In this document: piece after piece, positions 1-7,806 of the stretch
Numbering within the stretch: the first letter of the stretch is position 1
Layout: each line of letters begins with the position of its first letter
Source of the DNA: Chloroflexi bacterium ADurb.Bin325
Lineage (GTDB): Bacteria > Chloroflexota > Anaerolineae > CG2-30-64-16
Length of the DNA stretch: 58,561 nt
Direction: 5' to 3'
Assembly (NCBI GenBank): GCA_002068935.1
Contig: MWBF01000001.1
Coordinates: 1 to 58,561, forward strand
The notes under the pieces: model-generated
Seen by the model: the letters and a program-made list of their open reading frames with translations, nothing else
Database searches by the model: none
Told to the model about the DNA's origin: nothing
Program-made: the position numbers and the translations under genes

Positions 1-1
1 G

Positions 2-490
2 AACGCGCGCTGTTTGCCGGCGTTGTTCCGGGCAAACCACGCCATGGCCGTGTCAATGCAGACCGGCGAATCCGGCGGGGTCGGCGCGGCCAGGGGGGCG
101 AGCACGGCCGCGGTGGTCCAGGCCGCGATCCCGCCGTCTGCGTCCAGGAATTCAATACGGTACCACCCGACCGGGAGAACGCCAGGGGACACCCGGCCGC
201 CGTCGCCCTCCCGCGCGCCCTGGCCCAGCGCCTCGCCGGCCTCATCCAGCACGCGAAAACGGGTCCATGCCGTGTCCGGAGGCGCCGAAACCACCACGGC
301 CTCTCCCGCGAGAAAGACGTTTCCGGGATGCCCGGGCAGGGGTTGCGGCACGGTGCGTTCCACCCGCGCGTCCGCCGTTTCCGGGCCCGGCGCCGCGTCG
401 GCCGCGTGACCAACCGGCATCCAGCCGGCCGCCAGCACCAGCAGCGCGGCTCCGGCTCTCCACCAACCCCAGCATCCGCGGCGATGTCGC
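2..490 (-). CDS. hypothetical secreted protein, N-terminal part (ORF continues past the left edge)
   Basis: Absent from the supplied track because it has no stop in the window. A reverse-strand ATG at 490..488 gives MRHRRGCWGWWRAGAALLVLAAGWMPVGHAADA... (signal-peptide-like). The frame stays open to position 2 with G/C-rich third positions. It starts 29 nt after the stop of the upstream amidohydrolase gene. Confidence 0.5.
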
Positions 491-518
491 ATATCCGCGT
501 TCCTCTCCTGTCGCGTCT

Positions 519-1409
519 TCATGCCAGACCCAGCCCCAGCAGGCGATTGGCGTTTTTCCACGTGATCTTCTCGAAGGCATCCTCCGAGATCAGGCGTTCC
601 GTTTTGAGCTTATCGAACCAGGCGACAATGGGCAGATCCTGGGGGTCGTTGGCGATATCGGTGCCCCAGAACAGGCGGTCCTGGAATTCCTCGAGGAACG
701 CGCAGCCGAATTCCGGGTCGCGGCTGATGGCGTTGTAGCCGCTGCCCGCCGATAAATCGCCGAGGAGGTTCGGGTACGCGCGCATCAGTTCGACCACCCG
801 GCCCGGCTCCACCGGCCCTTTCGGATAGGGGAGGCGCCGGCCGTCCTCGACCACATTGGCGCCGATTTCCGCCCAGAACGCCTGGGAATGTCCCAGAAAC
901 ATCAAGCCGGGGAAGGTCTTCAGGACGTTTTCGAGCCGGGGGAGGCCGGGGTCGTCGAAGATCCCGTAGCACCCCCCGATCTCGGGGCCGATATGAAAGG
1001 TAAGCGGCAGGCCCGCGTCCTCGACCGCCTCGAACAGGTTCAGGCACCGGGGATCGTCGAACGGGAGGTTGAACGTGCATTCCCCCACGCCCTTGCACCC
1101 CATGTCCTTGAACGCGCCCAGCAGATTCGAGAAATCCGCGCTCGCGTCGTTCGTCAGGTACCGCGGATCGAGGTTGCAGAACGGAATCAACCGGTCGGGG
1201 TACTGCGCGCAGAGCCCCACAACGTCTTCGACCGTCACCACGGTGTACCGGCATTCGGGGCTGACCCCCGCCATAATGCAGGCTTTGTCGATGTGCGCGT
1301 TGTCCATCATCTGGATCAGCGTTTCCGCGTCGGGATAGTGCGACCCGTTCGCGCGCGTGATCTCCGGGTGCCGCCGCGGCGACGCATGCACGTGAATGTC
1401 AATGAACAT
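519..1409 (-). CDS. amidohydrolase-family (TIM-barrel metal-dependent hydrolase) protein
   Basis: 296-aa ORF beginning MFIDIHVHASP (HxH metal-binding start typical of the Amidohydro_2-like fold) with a late GTDIANDP acidic motif. Called by family resemblance only. Confidence 0.75.
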   Translation of the reverse strand: MFIDIHVHASPRRHPEITRANGSHYPDAETLIQMMDNAHIDKACIMAGVSPECRYTVVTVEDVVGLCAQYPDRLIPFCNLDPRYLTNDASADFSNLLGAFKDMGCKGVGECTFNLPFDDPRCLNLFEAVEDAGLPLTFHIGPEIGGCYGIFDDPGLPRLENVLKTFPGLMFLGHSQAFWAEIGANVVEDGRRLPYPKGPVEPGRVVELMRAYPNLLGDLSAGSGYNAISRDPEFGCAFLEEFQDRLFWGTDIANDPQDLPIVAWFDKLKTERLISEDAFEKITWKNANRLLGLGLA

Positions 1410-1610
1410 CAGATTCCCCTTCCCGTGTCTGTTGTCTGAGAAACGACTCTCATCCCATGGGGCGTCAGCCCGGGGGTTATGCTATCATGTTTGGCGCATG
1501 AGCCTCACGGCGGGGCTCGGGCGGGGGATATCCGGTCGCCGGACGTGTGATGGGGAACGCACCGCTCTCTGCCGAAGGGGGAGACCGCGGCCCGGGTTCG
1601 GGCGCTGCTG

Positions 1611-3791
1611 GTGGACACTCCCGAGGCACAACGGGTTAGAAGGGGGCCCACCCTGCGTAACGGACCGCTCTGTGCGAGCCTCTCGGCCGCGGCGCTTACC
1701 GTGCTCGGCGCCGCCGGTGAGGCGCCGGCTGCCGCCAGCGAGCCGCTGTCGCTTCCCGCCGCCCTCACAGCCACCTCGGCCGCCCTGCTGGTGGTGGCGC
1801 TCGGACTGGGCATCGCCTACGTGCGCGTCCGGCGGCACGAACGCGCGGCCCGCGAGGCCGTGGCCGAGCGCGACCGCGCCATCCGCGCCATCCGCCTGGG
1901 CGAAGAACGGTACCGGGACCTGTTCAACAACATCAACAGCGGCGTGGCCGTGTTCGAGGCGGTTGAAGACGGCCGCGACTTCATTCTTGAAGACCTCAAC
2001 GCCGCCGGGGAACGCATCGAAGGCCGGTTTCGCGAGGACATCCTCGGGCGCAGCATCACCGAGGTCGATTTCACGGGCGTCGGCGCGCCGCTGCTCGACG
2101 CGTGCCGCGAAGTATGGCATTCCGGCAAATCCGCGCGCCGCTACTTCTCGTCGAGGTCGTCTACGCGCGGCGAACGCTGGTTCGAGTGTTTCGTGTACAA
2201 GCTCTCGACGGATGAGCTGGTGTTTGTCTATGAGGACATCTCGCCCCACAAGCGGGCGGAAGACGAAAACCGGCTGCTGGCCACGGCGATCGAGTACGCC
2301 GGCGAGAGCATTTTCATCACCACGCCCGAAGGCGTGATCGAGTATGCCAACCCGGCCTTTGAGCGCCTGTCGGGATACGCGCCCGCGGAAGCCATCGGCA
2401 AAACGCCCCGGATACTCAAGAGCGGACGCCACGGCGCGGCGTTCTACGCGCAACTGTGGGAGGCGCTGCTTCGCGGAGAGACATGGCGCGGCCGCCTGAC
2501 CAACAAACGCAAGAACGGCTCGCTGTACGAGAAGGAAGTCACGATTTCGCCGGTGCTGAGCCCGGCGGGCGAGGTGGAGCATTTCGTGTCGATTTCGCGC
2601 GATCTCACGCAGGAGATGGAACTCGCGGCGCAACTCCGCCAGGCGCAGAAAATGGAGGCGATCGGCACGCTGGCGGGGGGAATCGCCCACGACTTCAACA
2701 ACATCCTCGGCGCCATCATCGGGTTCGCCGAACTCGCCCTGGAAGACATGCCCGAGCCGACCGTTACGCGCAAATGCATTGAGGAAGTACGCAAGGCGGG
2801 CCGCCGCGCGGCGGAACTGGTCCACCAGATCCTCACCTTCAGCCGCCAGAGCGAACAGGAACGCCAGCCGGTGCAGATTCAGCCCGTCTTGAAGGAGGCC
2901 TTGAAGCTCCTGCGCGGAACCCTGCCCGCGACCATCGCGATTCAGCAGGAGATCGATCCCGAATGCGGCCGGATCATGGCCGACCCGACCCAGTTGCACC
3001 AGGTCATGATCAATCTCTGCACCAATGCCTACCACGCCATGCGCGAACACGGCGGGGTGCTCAGCGTCACCTACCGCAGGGTCGACATCGCGCCCGGCGA
3101 ACCCGAGCCGGCGCCCGGCCTCGTCCCCGGAAATTACGCGTGCCTGTCGGTGTCCGACACGGGCAAAGGCATGAGCAAGGCCACCCTTGAACGTATCTTT
3201 GAACCCTATTTCACGACCAAACCGCCCGGAGAAGGCACGGGGATGGGGCTGGCCATCGTGCACGGCATCGTGCGCGGCCATCAGGGGATCCTGACCGTCA
3301 CGAGCACGCTGGGCGAAGGGTCGACCTTCGAGGTCTATATCCCCTTGTACCGGCGCGAGGAAGATGCCGCGTTGCCCGAGGGCGCCGGCCTCGTCCGCCG
3401 CGCCCGGGGCGAGCGCATCCTGTTCGTGGACGACGAGGAGTCCCTGGCCCTGCTGGCGCGCATGGCCTTCGAACGCAGCGGCTACCGCGTGGTGTCCTGC
3501 ACGAAGAGCCTCGACGCGCTCCAGCGTTTCGAAGCGGCGCCCCAGGATTTCGATGTAGTCATCACGGACCAGACCATGCCCGACATGACGGGGGAGATGC
3601 TGGCGGAGCGCATGCGGGCGGTCCGGCCGGACATTCCCATCATCCTGTGCACGGGATACAGCGAACGGATGGACGAGCGCCGGGCCCGCGAGGCCGGGTT
3701 CAACGGGTATCTGGAAAAACCCTTCGTCGACACCGACCTGAGCACGGCCATCCAGCAGGCGCTCGCCGACGCCCAGACGAAGGCGCCGTGA
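1611..3791 (+). CDS. PAS-domain hybrid sensor histidine kinase / response regulator
   Basis: Domains in order: TM segment, PAS-like modules (RYRDLFNNINSGVAVFE; IFITTPEGVIEYANPAFERLSGY), H-box GGIAHDFNNILGAIIGF, HATPase_c (DTGKGM, GTGMGLAIVHGIV), and a C-terminal receiver (ILFVDDEE ... VITDQTMPDMTG ... LEKP). The GTG start at 1611 is uncertain. Confidence 0.85.
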   Translation: MDTPEAQRVRRGPTLRNGPLCASLSAAALTVLGAAGEAPAAASEPLSLPAALTATSAALLVVALGLGIAYVRVRRHERAAREAVAERDRAIRAIRLGEERYRDLFNNINSGVAVFEAVEDGRDFILEDLNAAGERIEGRFREDILGRSITEVDFTGVGAPLLDACREVWHSGKSARRYFSSRSSTRGERWFECFVYKLSTDELVFVYEDISPHKRAEDENRLLATAIEYAGESIFITTPEGVIEYANPAFERLSGYAPAEAIGKTPRILKSGRHGAAFYAQLWEALLRGETWRGRLTNKRKNGSLYEKEVTISPVLSPAGEVEHFVSISRDLTQEMELAAQLRQAQKMEAIGTLAGGIAHDFNNILGAIIGFAELALEDMPEPTVTRKCIEEVRKAGRRAAELVHQILTFSRQSEQERQPVQIQPVLKEALKLLRGTLPATIAIQQEIDPECGRIMADPTQLHQVMINLCTNAYHAMREHGGVLSVTYRRVDIAPGEPEPAPGLVPGNYACLSVSDTGKGMSKATLERIFEPYFTTKPPGEGTGMGLAIVHGIVRGHQGILTVTSTLGEGSTFEVYIPLYRREEDAALPEGAGLVRRARGERILFVDDEESLALLARMAFERSGYRVVSCTKSLDALQRFEAAPQDFDVVITDQTMPDMTGEMLAERMRAVRPDIPIILCTGYSERMDERRAREAGFNGYLEKPFVDTDLSTAIQQALADAQTKAP

Positions 3792-3921
3792 GCCCGCCGG
3801 CGGAATCGTCCGGGGCATTCGCACTAAAACCAGACGGAAACAATCAGCTCGCCGGAAGGACAGCTGTTCTCTATCTGCCCCAAGTCAGCGGATTCGCCAA
3901 AAGAAAATGCAGGTGTTTGCA

Positions 3922-4170
3922 GGAAACGGTGTTTTTCAACGTCTTTCGCAAGCAGGAATCCAGTAGGCCTGCAGGCGGATGCCGCGTGCGGTGTGGTGCA
4001 GCCGGACAAGATCTGGACCCCTGCTTGCGCAGGGGTGACGGAGGCGAGGGTCACACAGGAATCCAGCAGGCCTGTCGGCGCACGAGGAAACGGCGTTTTT
4101 CAAAATCTTTCCTGCGCAAGCAGGAATCCAGCAGGCCTCTGGGCCCTTGCTTTCGCGGGAGACAGGGGAC
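3922..4170. repeat. REP-like intergenic repeats confined to the left part of the window
   Basis: Two direct copies of GGAAACGG(T/C)GTTTTTCAA..TCTTTC..GCAAGCAGGAATCCAG(T/C)AGGCCT at 3922-3970 and 4086-4138. A third CAGGAATCCAGCAGGCCT lies near 4056, and a hairpin CCCCTGCTTGCGCAGGGG at 4018-4035. The ORFs here (FLRKQESSRP, PACAGVT peptides) are translation artefacts of the repeats. Confidence 0.6.
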
Positions 4171-4341
4171 TGGGGTCACAAACGGCCCGTCACACGAAGA
4201 CCATTTGTGCGGGGCGCATTCAGTACGATTGTCCTGGCACCATTCCCTGCTTGACTCCAAACCGTCGCCCTGTTAGCCTGATTTCAGTCGCCAAGGGCCG
4301 CGAGAACTTCGGGACAGAGGGGTTTGGGGAGGCGTTCCGCT

Positions 4342-5220
4342 ATGAGAACATTGGCCATCTCATTCGTTGTTGTGTCGACGGCCGCTGCCGTTCTGTGCAT
4401 GCCTGTCGTCGCTCAGGATGCGCCCGTGCAGTTCACGGAAGGCAATCACCGCGATACCGATCCCATGATTTCTCCGGACGGCGCGTGCCTGGCCTTTGCC
4501 AGCAACCGTACCGGCAATTACGACATCTGGATCTACAACTTCAAGGATCGCGCGTTCCTTCAACTTTCCCGGGGCGCCAAAGATGAACGCTATCCCTTCT
4601 TCTCGGCGGACAGCCAGAAGCTCCTCTTCACCTCGAACCAGACCGGCAAGGGCGATATCTACGAGACCGCCGTGGACGGGTCGGCGGGCAACCTGCAGCT
4701 CACCACGTCCGAGAGCCTCGAGGAATACGCCTCCTACCGCCCCGGCGGTACGGAACTGCTGTACGCCCGCGCTGAAAAACGCAACATGGTGCGCAAGAAA
4801 ATGGCCATCATCCTGACCGCGGCGCCCGGCGCGTCCGCACGCGTCCTCATTGACGACGGCGACGAGCCCCGCTTCTCGCCCGACGGCCAGCACATCGTCT
4901 TCGTCTCCCGCCGCACCAAGAACAAGGACATCTGGCTCACGGGCGCGGCCGGCGGCCCGCTCATTCAACTTACCACCAGTGAGAAGGACGACGAGAATCC
5001 CTGCTTCTCGCCGGACGGAAAGAGCATCCTCTTCGCCTCGAACCGGACCGGCAATTTCGATCTCTACGTCATGGACGCGGACGGCCGCAACCTCAGGCAA
5101 CTCACGTCCGACGCCGCCGATGAGCGCCAGCCCTGCTGGACGCCGGACGGCAACATCTACTACACCCGTGAAATGAACCTGCTGGTTTCAAACATCTGGC
5201 GCATCCCGGCGCCCAAATAG
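4342..5220 (+). CDS. TolB-like periplasmic beta-propeller (PD40/WD40-like repeat) protein
   Basis: Signal peptide MRTLAISFVVVSTAAAVLCMPVVAQ. Contains repeated PD40-type motifs (SPDG..LAFASNRTGNYDIW, SADSQKLLFTSNQTGKGDIY, SPDGQHIVFVSRR..DIW, SPDGKSILFASNRTGNFDLY, TPDGNIYY). GGGGAGG lies about 8 nt upstream of the ATG at 4342. Confidence 0.85.
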   Translation: MRTLAISFVVVSTAAAVLCMPVVAQDAPVQFTEGNHRDTDPMISPDGACLAFASNRTGNYDIWIYNFKDRAFLQLSRGAKDERYPFFSADSQKLLFTSNQTGKGDIYETAVDGSAGNLQLTTSESLEEYASYRPGGTELLYARAEKRNMVRKKMAIILTAAPGASARVLIDDGDEPRFSPDGQHIVFVSRRTKNKDIWLTGAAGGPLIQLTTSEKDDENPCFSPDGKSILFASNRTGNFDLYVMDADGRNLRQLTSDAADERQPCWTPDGNIYYTREMNLLVSNIWRIPAPK

Positions 5221-5274
5221 CCTGGATTTCGCATATTTCCCCGTTATACACACCCTGTTGGGGTATACAATATC

Positions 5275-5303
5275 TTGACACACTAAGCATTGTTATCTAC
5301 ACT
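5275..5303 (+). promoter_or_regulatory. candidate sigma70-type promoter upstream of the SLT lipoprotein gene
   Basis: TTGACA (5275-5280), a 17-nt spacer, then TACACT (5298-5303), inside an AT-rich intergenic patch. Confidence 0.35.
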
Positions 5304-5370
5304 ATGGGCTGGGGAGCCTGTTTCCCTTGCAGTGACTGAGGCAGGGTACGACCTTTTTGGGGATATATCC

Positions 5371-5481
5371 GTGAAAAAACTGTCATTTCGCCTGGCGTTC
5401 GCACTTGTGCTTTTCCCGCTTGTCGCCGTTCTTGGATGCACCACGACCGGCACGTCCAGACGCGACGTCGAGACCTTCTAG
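5371..5481 (+). pseudogene. detached lipoprotein signal peptide of the downstream SLT ORF (in-frame TAG at 5479-5481)
   Basis: GTG at 5371 gives VKKLSFRLAFALVLFPLVAVLGC TTTGTSRRDVETF*, with lipobox LGC. It is in the same frame as ORF 5500..7722 and separated from it only by one TAG and six sense codons. Confidence 0.45.
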
Positions 5482-5499
5482 CCGGTCCCGCACGGCCGC

Positions 5500-7722
5500 G
5501 TGGGCCGGCAGGAGCTTCCCACGCCGCCCGCGCAACGCGCCACGGACCTCCTCCGGGCGGCCGGCGACGCCTTCCGAAAAGCCAATGAGGCCCAGGAGAA
5601 CGGCGACGAGAAATCCGCCATGCGCCATTACGGCAAGATGCTGCAGCTCCTCCAGGAAGCCGAACTCGATCCCACGATCTTCTACAATCTCCGTCCCGAG
5701 TTCGAACGCATTCTCGCCCAGACCACCGAGGAAGCCGGGCTGATGGACAACGAGGGCCACCTCGAACGGCTCACGCCCGAGGAGATGGCCGAAGCCGGGC
5801 TCGGCGGCGGCATCGAGATTCCGTTCCCCCTGCCCGAGCGCGTCCTGGCCGAGATCGAGGAGATCCAGCAGGTCTATGCGAAAAACTTCCAGTACGGCCT
5901 GAACCGAAGCGTAAAGTATGGGCCGCAACTGCGCCGTGAACTGGCGCTGGCCGGGCTGCCCGAAGACCTCGTCTGGCTGGCCATGGTGGAGAGCCAGTTC
6001 CATCCCACCGTCGTCTCGCACGCCGGCGCCGCCGGCATGTGGCAGTTCATGCCCGCCACCGGGCGCCGTTACAACCTGCGTATCGATTCGTATGTCGACG
6101 AACGCTACAACTGGCGGAAGGAAACCAACGCCGCCATCGCCTACCTGGCCGAACTCCGCGACTTCTTTGAAGGCGATTGGCCCCTGGCCATTACCGCCTA
6201 CAACATGGGCGAGCACGGGGTCGAACGGGTCATCGCCATGAACGGCGGCGAACGCGACCTCTGGAAACTCCTCGAAACGTCCCCCGGATGCGACCGCATG
6301 GCCCGCGAGTCCCAGAAATTCTATGCAAAGTTCCTTGCGTCCATCATCGTCGCCAAGAACCCCGAGAAGTACGGATTCACCGCCCCCACCGGCGATGCCG
6401 AAGAAGCGGAATTCGTGCCCGTCGAGGGCAGCTACAACCTGGCGTCCCTGGAAAAGGCCGCCGGATGGCCTGAAGGCACCCTGCGCGAATTGAACCGCGA
6501 TCTGGTGCGCGGCATCACCCCCCCCACCGGCGAACACCTGCTCGTCGTTCCCAAACGCGGCACCAACACCCTGCTCGCCGCCCTGGAGAGCGCCGCCAAG
6601 GTGCAGCCGAATGTCCATGTGGTAAAGCGGGGCGAGACGCCCGACTGCGTGCCGGTCTGCCCCGACATCTCCAACATGGTCCCCTGTCGGCTGACGGGCA
6701 AGCCGTTCTGGGACATCTACGTCTACAAGGACCCGCCGCTGTGGAAGGCGCACATCGATGCGATCAAGCGCTTCGACCTCGACGGCGGCTGGGAGCTGTA
6801 CGACTTCGGCGACCTGTTCGGCGATGAGGGCCCGGCCTGGGAGCGGAAGATCGTGCTGCGCCGCGCGGACGGCAGCTTCGTCACGCAGGACTACCGCCCG
6901 GCCACCGGCGAGTGGAGCCGCTTCGTGACGGTTCATACGGCGGACAACCCGCCGGCCACCCACGTCCGGCCCGAACAGGTCGGGCTGGGGCCGGAGCCGA
7001 GGGCGTGGGAAGAGATCACCGGCGTGAAGCCGTGGCCGACCGGGCTGGCGCTCTGGAAGCTAGTCAAGCAGGAGCTGGGCGACCACGGCGTCATCGGCAT
7101 GTGGAGCGGCGGCACGACCGCGATGCTGGGCCGGCCCGAGGAGATCTACGAGTATCACGACAACCCCGCGAAGTGGCATCGCCGCCGCGACGAGATGATC
7201 CGCAAGGTGGAGCGGCGCATGGAGATGATCGCCGCGCTGGACGAGAGGCCGGACTTCATCTTCTGCGGCGGCTCCGGCTCGCTGGTGTTCCAGTCCCCGC
7301 GCATCTTCCGCGAGCTGTCGCTGCCCGTCCTGGTGCGGACGACCGAGCTGGCCTACGATCTGGGCCTGCCCACGCATGTGCATTCGTGCGGGCCGGAGGC
7401 GCGGCTGGTGCAGATGGCGGTGGAGGAGACCAAGCTGACGGTCATCGACCCGCTGGAGGAGCCGCCGATGGGCGACTGCGACCTGGCGGAGCTCAAGCGG
7501 CGGTTCGGAGACCGGATCGTGCTGAAGGGCAACCTGCACACGACCCGCACCATGCTGCACGGCACGGCGGACGATGTGGTCGCGGCCAGCCGCCGCGCGA
7601 TCGACGCGGCCGCCGCGGGCGGGCGCTTCATCCTCTCGACGGGCGACCAGTGCGGCCGCGACACGCCGGACGCCAACCTTCACGCGATGGTCGAGACCGC
7701 GCGTACGTACGGGAGATACTGA
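5500..7722 (+). CDS. composite ORF: SLT-family lytic murein transglycosylase (MltD-like) N-terminal part joined in frame to a URO-D-family (MtaA/CmuA-like) C-terminal part
   Basis: SLT catalytic region: LAMVESQFHPTVVSHAGAAGMWQFMPATGRRY ... AYNMG. A LysM-like start (HVVKRGETP) breaks off near 6640. It continues as PDCVPVCPDISNMVPCRLTGKPFWD ... HVHSCGP ... ILSTGDQCGRDTP, typical of URO-D-like enzymes. The first codon is GTG; the first ATG is at 5620. Confidence 0.6.
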   Translation: MGRQELPTPPAQRATDLLRAAGDAFRKANEAQENGDEKSAMRHYGKMLQLLQEAELDPTIFYNLRPEFERILAQTTEEAGLMDNEGHLERLTPEEMAEAGLGGGIEIPFPLPERVLAEIEEIQQVYAKNFQYGLNRSVKYGPQLRRELALAGLPEDLVWLAMVESQFHPTVVSHAGAAGMWQFMPATGRRYNLRIDSYVDERYNWRKETNAAIAYLAELRDFFEGDWPLAITAYNMGEHGVERVIAMNGGERDLWKLLETSPGCDRMARESQKFYAKFLASIIVAKNPEKYGFTAPTGDAEEAEFVPVEGSYNLASLEKAAGWPEGTLRELNRDLVRGITPPTGEHLLVVPKRGTNTLLAALESAAKVQPNVHVVKRGETPDCVPVCPDISNMVPCRLTGKPFWDIYVYKDPPLWKAHIDAIKRFDLDGGWELYDFGDLFGDEGPAWERKIVLRRADGSFVTQDYRPATGEWSRFVTVHTADNPPATHVRPEQVGLGPEPRAWEEITGVKPWPTGLALWKLVKQELGDHGVIGMWSGGTTAMLGRPEEIYEYHDNPAKWHRRRDEMIRKVERRMEMIAALDERPDFIFCGGSGSLVFQSPRIFRELSLPVLVRTTELAYDLGLPTHVHSCGPEARLVQMAVEETKLTVIDPLEEPPMGDCDLAELKRRFGDRIVLKGNLHTTRTMLHGTADDVVAASRRAIDAAAAGGRFILSTGDQCGRDTPDANLHAMVETARTYGRY

Positions 7723-7740
7723 CGCCCCTTCCGGGCTTTC

Positions 7741-7800
7741 GGATAGGCTTTCAGTCTGCACAGGCGCCTGGCAATGGCGGCCGTGACTTCAGTCGCCAGG
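7741..7800. repeat. partial, inverted copy of MITE family A (plus a family B end)
   Basis: The reverse complement reads CCCTGGCGACTGAAGTCACGGCCGCCATTGCCAGGCGCCTGTGCAGACTGAAAGCC. This matches the GGCGACTGAAGTCACGGCC...GCGCAGACT core seen at 19.8, 34.5 and 51.4 kb. Confidence 0.55.
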
Positions 7801-7806
7801 GGGCTT

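Noticed and set aside
1485-3824. 779-aa minus-strand ORF, and similar long antisense ORFs at 5383..6963, 15627..17765, 20037..21656, 51475..53448 and 54946..56412
   Set aside because: All lie opposite genes with unambiguous domain signatures (histidine kinase, SLT, PPK1, acyl-CoA synthetase, RecG, DAK2). All have shadow-frame composition.
3647-4586. ORFs 3647..4276, 3824..4054 and 3993..4586 between the kinase and the TolB-like gene
   Set aside because: They cover REP-like repeats (FLRKQESSRP, PACAGVT peptide artefacts) and overlap each other. There is no coding-type third-position bias or homology flavour.
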